Virus record (IMG/VR): IMGVR_UViG_3300027804_000038
Span: 96,001 to 160,000 of that record
Reading direction: 5' to 3' (one strand)
From: a virus
Taxonomy: Duplodnaviria > Caudoviricetes
Length of the DNA stretch: 64,000 bases
Below the pieces are notes generated by a model. The model worked only from the letters and a program-made list of their open reading frames with translations. It was not told the origin of the DNA and did not search any database. The translations under genes were made by a program, and so were the position numbers. How positions within the stretch are numbered: position 1 is the stretch's first letter; each line of letters begins with the position of its first letter. Below, piece after piece: positions 40,701 through 50,720 of the stretch.

Positions 40701-43700
40701 ATGGATATTTGGCTCCAACTTTTAAAAAGTTTGGTACTGTAAACTCAATACCTAAATTGTGGGTTTGTAGAGTAGGGTCTATATGGCATAGATATAAAAC
40801 TTTCATTAATAGTGGGTATGACATTTTATCAAATACATTAGTTAATTATTCTTATTTGACTAACTTTGACCCAGTAAATTTTGATTCACAAACTACTTAC
40901 AGTTTAACCGCAAACTCAACTACTTATGATATATTTTTAGCTAAAAATATATTAGATGATAGTGGGCAGACTGTTGATTTAATGAATGTTGGGTTTTACC
41001 CCAAGACCCTAAATGACTTTTATAGATTCTATAATGGAATTGATTTATATAGAAGTAATACAACAATACAAGAAGATATTCAAAAAGCAATTAATAATGG
41101 TGATTTAATTTTAATTGACGGATTTGATTCTGATATATCGGTTGGGACTGGAACTACAGATAATGGAAATTCCTATAACTCTTCATTTATTAATACTTTT
41201 AGTGTTTTATTTAAAAACAAACTACCAAATCAATCTAGCGGAAATAATTACTTTACCGCCCCATCATTTGGTAGTAGACAAAATCAAACATTATCTGAAT
41301 GTTTTAACCAAAATGGTTTACAAATTCCATTATATCTAAACCAATCTATTTTCGATGGTTCAGTAAGAGTTAATTGGGGGATGCCTAATTTTGGTTATTT
41401 TGACAGTGATAATATAAATTTTTGTAACCCAACAGAGTATCCTAAAAATATATTTACAGGAAACACCACTCAAAATCCATTCTCATTACTTAATGATAAT
41501 TCTTATTACTCACAAATAGATGATTTATTTTCCGTATTCACAAAAGAAGAACTTGATTTGTTTGAGGGCGAATTTTTAAATTTTACAAAAAGTAATTTAA
41601 GTACAACCGACTCATTTAATTTACAAAATATAATGAGACAATCTATGAATGGTAATTTTTATAATCCATCAGAGACTGACGGTGATAAAATAGTTGAGGA
41701 CGCACAAAACCTACAAAATAAAACTTTTAATCAAAACATTTCAAATTTCGTATCTCAAAATTTAATTTTCCAAAAAGGCAACCCAACTAATTTTGATAAA
41801 ACTACTTTTAGTTATTTTTCATCAAACCCTTTATCTGATGTATTAACTAATGTAAAAAAATATACCGATGAAACTCCTGATTCATTACCTAAGAATGGTG
41901 GAGCGGTAACATTATCTGAGTCTAAGTCAAATTATCCTGAAGAATGGAAAATACTTGAATTATATGTTGGATTTTCAACCATTAGCGGATTTACGTATTC
42001 AGATAATGGTTCGTATATTACTGATTTCTTTATTGATAATAATATTGCTTTCAATATTGAAAATATTGAAATATTTTCCGACATAATAAAAATATATGCG
42101 ACTAGAAAATATGCGAATTTAAATGGAGCTACCGAATTTAATTTTAAATCAGAAATTGATGATTATTTAAATAGATTGGTATTTTTAAGAAACAATATAT
42201 TTGAAGGAGTTTTTTCAAAAATACAAAAATCTTTACCAAGTTTTAATTTAGATACTGATACTTTAGATACATCGGCAACGCAAGGTATGCAGACTAAGGT
42301 TGAGTATTATGAATTGTTTAAAGCGATAAACGACAAGTGGATTGCGGGTAATAACTATAACTCGGAAACACTATTTGAAGATTTTTTATTTTTAGATAGG
42401 GCAAACAGAAATGTTGGTGACAAAGTTATTGTGGATGTTTTTAAAGTTAAAAATTATTTAAAAAGTAATCAAAAGGCAAATGTATACACAATTGCCTCAT
42501 CAATAATACAAGACCATAATTTTGTAATTTTTTCAATACCATCGTATGTTAATTTTTACAATGTACAAACGCCAGGTCAGGACCCACAAGCTGAAAACGA
42601 GTTTGAATTTGCTAATAAATTATTCGGACAGTATACGGAAGTAGACTATCAATCGTCTAAACCTAAAATAGTTTGTCTATATTCTGAAAAACCATCAGAA
42701 CAGTTGAACAATCAGGGAAAATTTAATGGTTATAATGACGATTCTTTTAATCTTGGACTTTCAACAAACAACCCTTTAATTGAGTGTCAAACAAGTAAAG
42801 AAACAACTAATGACTATGGGTTATCAAATAAAGTTGTTGGATTTTCAGTAGACTTTGGATTACAAAACCAAGGAGTTTTTGAAAATGTACAAGTTTCACA
42901 AGATTTGGGTAAGGCGACTTCAGAATCATTACAGATGGAATATGATATGGCTAATTTATCAAAAGGGGTTAAGTCATCAACTCAAAATGTTTCCTTATAT
43001 AACATATATAAAAATAGAAGTTATAAAGCGACCGTTACGGCATTTGGTAATGCAATTATACAACCAACCATGTATTTTGTTCTTAGAAATGTACCATTAT
43101 TTTCTGGTCCTTATTTAATTGATGAAGTTTCCCATGTTATAACAAATGGAAATTTTAAAACTACATTTACAGGAACAAGACAGAGGATATATACTCTACC
43201 ACTACAAAATCAATTACTTGAGGTAATAAGAAATTCATTTATAACTAAATTAATTAATGATGCGGTTAATAAAAAAGAAGTTAATAAAGGATTAACGTCT
43301 AATATTATAACTGAAAAGAATGATATTTCTAATAGTATTTCCGCAGAACTCACGGTATCTCCTAATCAGACGTGTACCCCTATAAGTGATTACAGTACGT
43401 ATGAAAACATTCTTCCTGTTGAATTTATTAGTGATTTTGTAACAATAAAAAATTCAGTTGTAAGTTCATTGTCATCTAAATCGGACGCCGCTAATATGAA
43501 TAAAGTTGTGTTTACTTTATTTTATTTGGCAACCGCTAATTCTGATGGATTTAAGTATTACAATTATAATTTGGCAACAATACCTTTAGGTGGTAGTATT
43601 AGTAAATGGGGAGGCGACCTACCAAAATTATTTAATCAACAATATACATGTTTAACAAGTGCAGATAATCAAAGTACATCTTATGCAACATTCCCATCAG

Positions 43701-43951
43701 TAACAAATTGTGTTAATTTCTGTTACGATAAATATAAAGATTATTTCACTGTGGGTATTACTGATTTTGAAGACGAAAATGTCTTCGTATCAGGTTTTAC
43801 TAAAACATGGATAGAAAGATTCCCACAGGATAGATTATCTGAAACACCAAATATATATGATAATTATAGAACTGGTAATACAACACAATTTAATTATCTA
43901 AAAACAAAAGTTACAGATTGTTATAATATAATGAAATCTATGGGTATTTGA
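37739..43951 (+). CDS. Baseplate hub protein (gp27/gpD-like) with very large insertions (2070 aa)
   Basis: ITVSLEDIRGRALF near the N-terminus; ATVTAFGNAIIQPTMYF...GPYLIDEVSHVI...FKTTFTG hub signature. Confidence 0.65.
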   Translation: MASKNTNIYVESDFNNIFIVNPNKVINDDGTVDDRFVKQEDLVMYANLECSLQPRSRLIVGEDSQSLQTIQIASVNFLKPGNKKYLTTDWTDLQTKNIQENNNINSELLGITNISYKVGPSFVPTITVSLEDIRGRALFESGNDSIYSVFFNLPYPTFYLTMKGYYGKAVRYPLILQKFHGSFDQSSGNFLITLNFIGYKFNVLTDVAQGYLMATPQMYTKRYLQNIQTSSSSQVDASVGTINNNDSPVNSIITQEGYEKIKEVYKLYKSKGLISQDFPELTVQQLINKLENFEKSVLDNFGQISVEELTNAKTYESILDDFNREVFTAKSPKSWFNKNLDSKNFYIVKDFDGKSYKAYTYKPEIIEFSSTVKELDTLIDEKNNKLNDVPTFGKNGKRYKIAKKVKNTNVYRIPPILIADVDKTETAKQRFNTQNPSSTQINSIDNELNKIQEKIDNEQKKASQNLPNTEQFFFILEGEKYFNGTINEIKKELQGYKNKIESNLTEEMIKLLESSKGIGFNPTIRNVLAVIMASTDAFLRLMNDVHKKAFENRNNLKKKQAVSADVKNEPDSPVYPWPQYSKIIDIDGCQQKFEIKYPGDPEYISETGANDYQAWPEVEFVEEFIKGYLQRQIPPVVSADEENSLTAINRLLVSAFDTPSNISYSDLQIIPFLYEIWERIESIANYQGFVRNTQFTTILNSIQAFEASNIIKGLGINSPQLIQILKFTGFNPNTYFEYLRDVSNGGTGQYWQKLIRGRINTPYLESEINNSSKIINVDLPIINTSVVTNDNEDVKLPLTNYVNSTKTNFEEFTDIYPFTDEEWRSNNLVNSIFGKKYTNFNNTEQTLFFNNFTNKISNYNSEKIIDNTGNSLENRPFTTFKFMTNKIDFPVAQYSFEEFYNSRTPSDFNLTEGYVQYDGYNGLVGNNQTTSILNTPFFVKAIQDGAEKERQNIENPYIEASYYFLNSLPLSTTKETLISKIGNNEIVNGYLAPTFKKFGTVNSIPKLWVCRVGSIWHRYKTFINSGYDILSNTLVNYSYLTNFDPVNFDSQTTYSLTANSTTYDIFLAKNILDDSGQTVDLMNVGFYPKTLNDFYRFYNGIDLYRSNTTIQEDIQKAINNGDLILIDGFDSDISVGTGTTDNGNSYNSSFINTFSVLFKNKLPNQSSGNNYFTAPSFGSRQNQTLSECFNQNGLQIPLYLNQSIFDGSVRVNWGMPNFGYFDSDNINFCNPTEYPKNIFTGNTTQNPFSLLNDNSYYSQIDDLFSVFTKEELDLFEGEFLNFTKSNLSTTDSFNLQNIMRQSMNGNFYNPSETDGDKIVEDAQNLQNKTFNQNISNFVSQNLIFQKGNPTNFDKTTFSYFSSNPLSDVLTNVKKYTDETPDSLPKNGGAVTLSESKSNYPEEWKILELYVGFSTISGFTYSDNGSYITDFFIDNNIAFNIENIEIFSDIIKIYATRKYANLNGATEFNFKSEIDDYLNRLVFLRNNIFEGVFSKIQKSLPSFNLDTDTLDTSATQGMQTKVEYYELFKAINDKWIAGNNYNSETLFEDFLFLDRANRNVGDKVIVDVFKVKNYLKSNQKANVYTIASSIIQDHNFVIFSIPSYVNFYNVQTPGQDPQAENEFEFANKLFGQYTEVDYQSSKPKIVCLYSEKPSEQLNNQGKFNGYNDDSFNLGLSTNNPLIECQTSKETTNDYGLSNKVVGFSVDFGLQNQGVFENVQVSQDLGKATSESLQMEYDMANLSKGVKSSTQNVSLYNIYKNRSYKATVTAFGNAIIQPTMYFVLRNVPLFSGPYLIDEVSHVITNGNFKTTFTGTRQRIYTLPLQNQLLEVIRNSFITKLINDAVNKKEVNKGLTSNIITEKNDISNSISAELTVSPNQTCTPISDYSTYENILPVEFISDFVTIKNSVVSSLSSKSDAANMNKVVFTLFYLATANSDGFKYYNYNLATIPLGGSISKWGGDLPKLFNQQYTCLTSADNQSTSYATFPSVTNCVNFCYDKYKDYFTVGITDFEDENVFVSGFTKTWIERFPQDRLSETPNIYDNYRTGNTTQFNYLKTKVTDCYNIMKSMGI

Positions 43952-43991
43952 TTTATTTAATTTATCGTATATTTATATAAAAAATAATAAC

Positions 43992-44216
43992 ATGGACGTA
44001 AAACAATTGTTAGATAACTATTTAGGAAGAAAAACTAGAATCACTGAAAAAGATGCTGGTAATGGATTTAAAGAAGTGTGTGATTTAGACACTGGTGACT
44101 GTTACACAATAAGAATGAAAGATGGTCTTATTGAAAGAGTTGACAATACTTATATGTCAAATAAAAAAATTAACGTTGAAACGACAACTGGAATAAAACA
44201 ACTTTTAAACGGATAA
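43992..44216 (+). CDS. Hypothetical protein
   Basis: 74-aa ORF with TATTTAT at 43970-43976. Confidence 0.7.
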   Translation: MDVKQLLDNYLGRKTRITEKDAGNGFKEVCDLDTGDCYTIRMKDGLIERVDNTYMSNKKINVETTTGIKQLLNG

Positions 44217-44220
44217 AAAA

Positions 44221-44883
44221 ATGGGAGTTTCTGAAAAAATTCTATTAGAAATAGAGAAATATAATAAGATTAATAAATATATCTCTGAGCAAGAGGCTCC
44301 TGCTGATATTCCGCCACCACCACCCGCAGGTGATTTACCTCCAGCTCCTGACGCAGGTGCAACACCTCCACCTCCAGCTGAAGGTGGTGCTGAGACACCT
44401 ACAACTACAGAACCACAACCTGTAGATGTTGCTTCTGACCCAGACGTTGAAAAGGTTGGTGAGGAAAAAGAAGAAGAAAATACTGAGGAATTAGAGATAA
44501 CTGATTTAGTTAAATCACAAAAAAATATTGAAGATAAACAAACTGAATATTTTGAAAATTTATTCAGTCAATTATCAAACCTTGAGGATAAGCTAAAAGA
44601 TATGGATTCTGTAATGGAAAGACTTAATAGTATTGAGTCAAAGATAGAAAACTACAGACCAAAAAGTGCTCAAGAAAAATTAGAATTAAGAAGTTTAGAT
44701 TCTGGTCCGTTTAACCAAAAATTAACAGATTTTTTCACAGACAAACAAGAAGACATCAAAAAAACAGGTAAAAACGAATACGTTTTAACTACCGATGATG
44801 TTGAAGATTTTTCACCTTCTGATATTAAAAATACTTTTACTCAGTACGGTGATAATAACGAATATATGTCAATTAAGAATTAA
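44221..44883 (+). CDS. Acidic, Pro-rich plus coiled-coil protein (possible scaffold/core protein)
   Basis: PPPPPAGDLPPAPDAGATPPPP, then heptad-like LSNLEDKLKDMDSVMERLNSIE. Confidence 0.6.
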   Translation: MGVSEKILLEIEKYNKINKYISEQEAPADIPPPPPAGDLPPAPDAGATPPPPAEGGAETPTTTEPQPVDVASDPDVEKVGEEKEEENTEELEITDLVKSQKNIEDKQTEYFENLFSQLSNLEDKLKDMDSVMERLNSIESKIENYRPKSAQEKLELRSLDSGPFNQKLTDFFTDKQEDIKKTGKNEYVLTTDDVEDFSPSDIKNTFTQYGDNNEYMSIKN

Positions 44884-44891
44884 TAACTTAT

Positions 44892-44920
44892 TTGACTTTT
44901 ACGGCTGACACTATTACTAT
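44892..44920 (+). promoter_or_regulatory. Sigma70-like promoter for the replication operon
   Basis: TTGACT (44892-44897), N17, TACTAT (44915-44920). Confidence 0.7.
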
Positions 44921-44950
44921 TGTTTATTAACTATTAATTTTTATATTTTT

Positions 44951-45793
44951 ATGGCGACAAATTCATTAGATGCTGTTCTCGCTCAGTATGAAAAAGCGAA
45001 AAGTGGAGGAAACTCTCAAAACAAAATGTCTCAAGAAGACAGAATGAAAAAATATTTTGCGGCTATTCTAACGCAAAATGAAACATCAGGACAAAAACGT
45101 CTTCGTATTCTACCAACACCTGACGGTTCTTCACCGTTCAAAGAAGTTTGGTATCACGAAGTTCAAGTCGAGGGTAAATGGAATAAAATCTATGACCCAG
45201 GAAAGAACGACAACGAGCGTTCACCTTTGACTGAAATTCACGACGAATTAATGTCAACAGGTAAAGAGTCTGATAAAGAACTTGCAAAATCTTATAAACC
45301 ACGTAAATTCTACATCGTTAAGGTTATTGACCGTGATAACGAAGCGGATGGTGTTAAGTTTTGGAGATTTAAGCACAACTACAAGAACGAAGGTATCTTG
45401 GATAAAATCATCCCTATTTGGAAAGCTAAAGGTGATATTACTGACCCTGAAAAAGGACGTGACATTATCTTGGAACTTACAAAAGCTAAAACTCCAAAAG
45501 GAGCAACCTACACAGTAATTCAAACTATTATGTATGATGACCCTTGTCCTGTTCACGCAGATGCAGAAACTGCGAAAACTTGGATTGAAGACCCACTTAC
45601 ATGGGCGGATGTTTATTCTAAGAAACCTGTTGAGTACTTGGAAGCAATTGCTCGTGGAGAGACCCCAAGATGGTCACAAGAATTAGGTAAATATGTTTAT
45701 GGTAACGAAGCGTCTGAAATGAGTATGGGTGGAGGTTCATCATATTCTGACCCACAGGCAGATGCTGAGCCAGATGGTGATTTACCATTCTAA
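44951..45793 (+). CDS. Single-stranded DNA-binding protein (T4 gp32-like)
   Basis: RLRILP, FKEVWYH, GRDIIL, acidic tail ending DGDLPF. Confidence 0.8.
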   Translation: MATNSLDAVLAQYEKAKSGGNSQNKMSQEDRMKKYFAAILTQNETSGQKRLRILPTPDGSSPFKEVWYHEVQVEGKWNKIYDPGKNDNERSPLTEIHDELMSTGKESDKELAKSYKPRKFYIVKVIDRDNEADGVKFWRFKHNYKNEGILDKIIPIWKAKGDITDPEKGRDIILELTKAKTPKGATYTVIQTIMYDDPCPVHADAETAKTWIEDPLTWADVYSKKPVEYLEAIARGETPRWSQELGKYVYGNEASEMSMGGGSSYSDPQADAEPDGDLPF

Positions 45794-45799
45794 TTTATA

Positions 45800-45838
45800 A
45801 AAGGTTGGACACTATCATGGACAAAGTGTCCAACCTTT
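45800..45838. terminator. Perfect 14-bp inverted repeat between SSB and RecA (terminator/attenuator or operator)
   Basis: AAAGGTTGGACACT - 11 nt - AGTGTCCAACCTTT, followed by GTTATTTTT. Confidence 0.6.
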
Positions 45839-45877
45839 GTTATTTTTAATACAAACAATTTAAACGCATAGACACTT

Positions 45878-46876
45878 ATGGCAATAAAGAAAAAAGAATT
45901 TTCTCTTGATGCAATCAAAAACAAATATTCTACAAAAACTAAATACAAGGATACGGAGTTCTATGAAGTCGATGAAGCTTTCCATAGTTCTTGTGGTCTA
46001 CCTGGCCCTGCTTTGGGGAACATCAATATGTTCTTGGGGCACTCAAATTCTTCCAAAACGACCGCTCTTGTCAAAGCGGCTGTGTCTGCTCAAAAGAAGG
46101 GGCATTTGCCTGTTTTCATTATCACCGAGAAAAAATGGTCATGGGAACACGCCGTTGAGTTAGGACTTCAAGCAGAAATGATTGATGGTGAGTGGGATGG
46201 TAATTTTATATTTAATGATAATTTTGATTACATTGAGCAGGCAACTGACTATATTAACGAATTATTAGATGAACAAGAAAAAGGTAATATTCCATATTCA
46301 TTATGTTTTCTATGGGATTCTGTAGGTTCTATTCCTTGTAAAATGACATTTGACGGTAAAGGTGGAAAGCAACATAACGCATCTACTTTGGCCGATAAAA
46401 TTGGTATGGGTATTCACGCTCGTATTACTAAATCTAAAAAAGAAGATTACCCATATTATAACACTATGGTTGTGGTTAACCAACCTTGGGTGGAACTTCC
46501 TGACAATCCATTTGGACAACCACAAATCAAGGCAAAAGGTGGTGAGGCTCTTTGGTTAGCGTCAGCTTTGGTTTTCCTTTTTGGAAATCAAAAAAATGCT
46601 GGTATTAATCACATTACGGCAACTAAAAATGGTAGAACGGTATCTTACGCTATCAGAACTAAAATCTCTGTTTTAAAGAACCATATTAATGGATTAGGGT
46701 ATAAAGATGGTAAGATTATTGCAACACCACAAGGGTATATCTCAGACACTAAAGAGGCATTAGAAGAATACAAAAAACAATATTCACAATATTGGAACGC
46801 GATTCTTTCAGGTACTGGTGAAATTACTCTTGATGAATCTGAAGAATCATTTGAAACTGAAAACGAACCATTTTAA
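45878..46876 (+). CDS. uvsX: RecA/UvsX-like recombinase with a variant Walker A
   Basis: GHSNSSKTT, ITEKK, FLWDSVG, VVVNQPW, KAKGGEAL, KNH. Confidence 0.85.
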   Translation: MAIKKKEFSLDAIKNKYSTKTKYKDTEFYEVDEAFHSSCGLPGPALGNINMFLGHSNSSKTTALVKAAVSAQKKGHLPVFIITEKKWSWEHAVELGLQAEMIDGEWDGNFIFNDNFDYIEQATDYINELLDEQEKGNIPYSLCFLWDSVGSIPCKMTFDGKGGKQHNASTLADKIGMGIHARITKSKKEDYPYYNTMVVVNQPWVELPDNPFGQPQIKAKGGEALWLASALVFLFGNQKNAGINHITATKNGRTVSYAIRTKISVLKNHINGLGYKDGKIIATPQGYISDTKEALEEYKKQYSQYWNAILSGTGEITLDESEESFETENEPF

Positions 46877-46886
46877 TTAATAGTTT

Positions 46887-47891
46887 GTGAAGAAGACTCT
46901 CCTTGTAGACGGAAATAATTTAATGAAGATTGGATTTCACGGTGTGAAGGATTACTTTCACAACGGAGAGCATATCGGAGCGATTTATCACTTCATTAAT
47001 ACTTTAAGAAAGTTTATTGAAGAACAAAATTTCGATAAAGTAGTTGTATTTTGGGATGGTGAAGACTCCACAAGTATTCGTGGAGTCCTTTACCCAAAAT
47101 ACAAACAAAACAGAAAATTAGTTATGGAGGACGCAATATTCATGTCCTACCTAAAACAAAAAAATCGTATCAAACAATACCTTGAAGAAATCTATGTAAG
47201 ACAGATTGAAATATCAGGACGAGAAGCTGATGATTTAATTGCTTACTATTGTCAGGTTTCTGATAATGAAGATAAACTAATTTTTTCATCAGACAGGGAT
47301 TTAACACAACTTATATCTGAAAGAGTATCATTATACTCGCCATCATTAAAAACTACATTTAAAAACGGGGATAAGATTAAATTTGATGATTTTTATTTTC
47401 CTCATTATAATGTTAAAACCTTAAAAATTATGACTGGTGATAAAAGTGATAATATTGAAGGAATTTATCTTTTGGGTGAGAAAACATTAGTTAAATTTTT
47501 TCCTGAGATGCTTGAAAAACCAACATCTTATAACGATATTTTAACAAGAGCAGAAGAACTTTTAAAAGAACAAAAAGATAATCAAACTTTAAAAAATCTT
47601 CTAACAGGAAAAACAAAGTCAGGTATATACGAAAACGAATATTATGTGGTCAATGAACAGATTGTTGATTTATCAAACCCACTCCTTAAAGACGAGGACA
47701 AACAAGAAATCTCTCAAATTGTTAACGAAACATTAGAAACTGAAGGTAGAAGTTATAAAAACGTTATTCGATACATGGTCGAAGACGGGATATTTAAATA
47801 CCTACCTAAAGGAGATGATTCGTGGACATATTTTTTAAAACCATTTATGAAACTAACAAGAAAAGAAAAAAAACAAAAAAACAAAAATTAA
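46887..47891 (+). CDS. 5'-3' exonuclease/flap endonuclease (T4 RNase H / PolI N-terminal-like)
   Basis: LLVDGNN, FWDG, YKQNR, EADDLI, SSDRDLTQL, GDKSDNIEG; GTG start. Confidence 0.9.
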   Translation: MKKTLLVDGNNLMKIGFHGVKDYFHNGEHIGAIYHFINTLRKFIEEQNFDKVVVFWDGEDSTSIRGVLYPKYKQNRKLVMEDAIFMSYLKQKNRIKQYLEEIYVRQIEISGREADDLIAYYCQVSDNEDKLIFSSDRDLTQLISERVSLYSPSLKTTFKNGDKIKFDDFYFPHYNVKTLKIMTGDKSDNIEGIYLLGEKTLVKFFPEMLEKPTSYNDILTRAEELLKEQKDNQTLKNLLTGKTKSGIYENEYYVVNEQIVDLSNPLLKDEDKQEISQIVNETLETEGRSYKNVIRYMVEDGIFKYLPKGDDSWTYFLKPFMKLTRKEKKQKNKN

Positions 47892-47895
47892 TTTT

Positions 47896-48348
47896 ATGAA
47901 AGAACAGAATGACATTACAAAACTTGAGTTTTTAATGACCGTAAATGACAATTTCATTGTCCAAAGATTTTTTAATGTTAAGGATTACAATCCTAAGGCA
48001 AAAAACTCTAGAGAGTTGATTGATAACATTGAATATTTTATTGAAGAGTTGAAATATAATCTGAAAATGAAATCAGTTATTTATATGACAGACAATTCAT
48101 TTGAAATTATGGAAAACCCTGAAATTTTAGAAACCTCTTTTACAGACGGACCTGAAACTTTTAACCTTTATTTGAAACATAATGGAGTGACAATGTGTCA
48201 TTACACATTTGACGCTAAACCGTACCCCCCAAAGGTTAGATATACCGTAGACGTACGCCCATACCTAAAAGGTATCCTTAATTCATTGACTGACATTTTT
48301 TCAGATAAAAATTTAACATATAATTACCTAGGATACTCTTTGGTTTAA
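47896..48348 (+). CDS. Hypothetical protein in the replication operon
   Basis: 150-aa ORF between the exonuclease and the helicase. Confidence 0.7.
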   Translation: MKEQNDITKLEFLMTVNDNFIVQRFFNVKDYNPKAKNSRELIDNIEYFIEELKYNLKMKSVIYMTDNSFEIMENPEILETSFTDGPETFNLYLKHNGVTMCHYTFDAKPYPPKVRYTVDVRPYLKGILNSLTDIFSDKNLTYNYLGYSLV

Positions 48349-48375
48349 TAGTATTTAATTTTAAAAGAGGTAATT

Positions 48376-49749
48376 ATGGCGGACAAAAATTTTGATTATT
48401 TAGGAAATACTTTCCAACAACAACTTATAAATCAGATAGTTTCTGATAAGAATTTTGCACACTCAATTCTTGAAGTTTTAGAATCTAGTTATTTTGAAAA
48501 CAAGTATTATAAATTAATAATACAGATGATTAAAGAATACTATTCTAAATTTGAATGTCCCCCTAACTTTGAAACGCTTTTACAAATAGTTAAATCTGAG
48601 ATTAAACAAGAATTACTACTTAAAATAGTAATTGATACAATTAATGAAATTAAAAATGTATCTGAAGAAGGCGTAACATTTGTCCAAGAGAAGGCTCTGA
48701 AATTCTGTAAACAACAAGAACTTCAGAAGGTAATGACTAAAGCCCAAAAAATTATTGATTCTGGTGAGTTTGAAAATTATGACACACTTGAAGAAATGGT
48801 TAGAGAGGCTTTACAGGTTGGGGTGGTTGATAAAGATACAGGAGATGTATTTGAAAATTTGGACCAAGTTTTGGATGATGATTATAGACATCCAATACCT
48901 ATGGGAATTCCAGGTATTGACAATCTATTAAAGGGCGGACTAGCAAAAGGTGAAATAGGTGTGATACTCGCTCCAACGGGAGTAGGTAAAACAAGTTTAA
49001 CTACAAAGATTGCGAATCACGCATTTAATATGGGGTTCAATGTTTTACAGATATTTTTTGAGGATAACCCAAAGATTATACAAAGAAAACATTTTACACT
49101 TTGGACTGGAATTGCTCCTGATTTGTTAGGTGAACACAAAGAAGAGGTTTTGAATAAAGTTCGTGAAGTTGAAGAAAGGATGAAAAACAAGTTAATTTTG
49201 AAAAAACTTCCATCTGATACTCTTACAATGACACAAATTAAAAATCAAATTAGAAAGATGATAGCTGATGGAATTAAAATTGACGTTATTATCTTAGATT
49301 ATATTGATTGTGTAACACCTGAAAAAAATATGGATGACGAATGGAAATCCGAAGGTTCAGTAATGAGAGCTTTTGAAGCTATGTGTCACGAATTGCATAT
49401 CGCAGGTTGGACCGCAACACAAGGTAATAGAAGTTCAATTTCATCTGAAGTTGTAACAACAGACCAAATGGGGGGTTCAATTAAAAAGGCCCAAGTTGGT
49501 CACGTTATTATATCAGTGGCTAAAACATTACAACAAAAGGAACTTAAACTTGCGACAATTGCAATCACAAAATCACGTATCGGTAAGGACGGAGTAATTT
49601 TTGAAAATTGTAAATTTGACAATGAATTACTAGTTATTGATACCGAAAGTTCTATGACTTTCCTTGGGTTTGAAGAAAATAAGGAACAAAAGAATAGAGA
49701 TAGAATTAAAGAATTAATGGAGAAAAAAAGACAACAACAAAATAATTAA
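48376..49749 (+). CDS. Replicative DnaB-like helicase (gp41-like)
   Basis: [28 protein letters not shown]; GAGG Shine-Dalgarno upstream. Confidence 0.9.
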   Translation: MADKNFDYLGNTFQQQLINQIVSDKNFAHSILEVLESSYFENKYYKLIIQMIKEYYSKFECPPNFETLLQIVKSEIKQELLLKIVIDTINEIKNVSEEGVTFVQEKALKFCKQQELQKVMTKAQKIIDSGEFENYDTLEEMVREALQVGVVDKDTGDVFENLDQVLDDDYRHPIPMGIPGIDNLLKGGLAKGEIGVILAPTGVGKTSLTTKIANHAFNMGFNVLQIFFEDNPKIIQRKHFTLWTGIAPDLLGEHKEEVLNKVREVEERMKNKLILKKLPSDTLTMTQIKNQIRKMIADGIKIDVIILDYIDCVTPEKNMDDEWKSEGSVMRAFEAMCHELHIAGWTATQGNRSSISSEVVTTDQMGGSIKKAQVGHVIISVAKTLQQKELKLATIAITKSRIGKDGVIFENCKFDNELLVIDTESSMTFLGFEENKEQKNRDRIKELMEKKRQQQNN

Positions 49750-49753
49750 TAAT

Positions 49754-50701
49754 ATGGAAAAAATATTAGTAGAAAATCCAAATAGATTTGTTATCTTCCC
49801 AATTCAATATAACGATATATGGGAATATTATAAAATGCACCAAGCGGCTTTTTGGACCGCAGAAGAAATAGACTTAAGCGGTGACATTAGAGATTGGGAA
49901 AATTTATCAGAAAATGAACAATATTTTATCAAAAATGTTCTATCATTTTTCGCGGCTTCAGATGGAATCGTAAATGAAAATTTAGCTGAAAATTTTTACA
50001 GAGAAGTTCAATACCCCGAAGCTAAATTTTTCTATGGGATGCAACTTGCGATGGAAAACATTCATAGTTTAATGTATTCATTATTGATTGATACATACAT
50101 CTCAAATGAAGATGAAAAACATAAATGTTTTACCGCATTAGATAACCTACCTGCAGTACAGAAAAAAGCTAAATGGGCTTTGGATTGGATTGAAAATGCG
50201 TCATTCCAAGAGAGATTGGTGGCATTTGCGGCTGTTGAGGGTATCTTCTTTTCAGGTTCATTCTGTTCTATTTTCTGGTTGAAATCAAGAGGTATTATGC
50301 AAGGATTGTGTAATGCTAACGCTTTGATTTTCAAAGATGAAAACCTACACTGTGATTTTGCAATTCATTTGTTAAATAATCACGTTGAGAACAAACCAAG
50401 TGAAAAAAGAATTAAAGAAATTCTACTTTCAGCACTTGAGATTGAAAAAGAATTTATCACTGAATCACTACCTGTTTCTTTAATTGGTATGAACCAAAAC
50501 TTAATGAAACAATATCTTGAGTTTGTGGTTGATGGTTTACTTGTTAAAATGGGTTGTAAAAAACAATTTAACGTTGAACAACCATTTAAATTTATGGAAC
50601 AAATTGCCGTTGAAACAAAGGGTAATTTCTTTGAATCCAGAACAGTTGAATACCAAAAAGCAAAGTTAAATGAGACCCTCTCCTTTACTGATGACTTTTA
50701 A
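49754..50701 (+). CDS. nrdB: Class Ia ribonucleotide reductase beta subunit
   Basis: [24 protein letters not shown] (radical Tyr), [15 protein letters not shown]. Confidence 0.95.
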   Translation: MEKILVENPNRFVIFPIQYNDIWEYYKMHQAAFWTAEEIDLSGDIRDWENLSENEQYFIKNVLSFFAASDGIVNENLAENFYREVQYPEAKFFYGMQLAMENIHSLMYSLLIDTYISNEDEKHKCFTALDNLPAVQKKAKWALDWIENASFQERLVAFAAVEGIFFSGSFCSIFWLKSRGIMQGLCNANALIFKDENLHCDFAIHLLNNHVENKPSEKRIKEILLSALEIEKEFITESLPVSLIGMNQNLMKQYLEFVVDGLLVKMGCKKQFNVEQPFKFMEQIAVETKGNFFESRTVEYQKAKLNETLSFTDDF

Positions 50702-50720
50702 TTTACTATCTTTTTAAACT

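Noticed and set aside
24910-43951. Interpretation as an extracellular contractile injection system or tailocin
   Set aside because: Neck genes, PolB, helicase, SSB and RNR in the same segment indicate a replicating phage.
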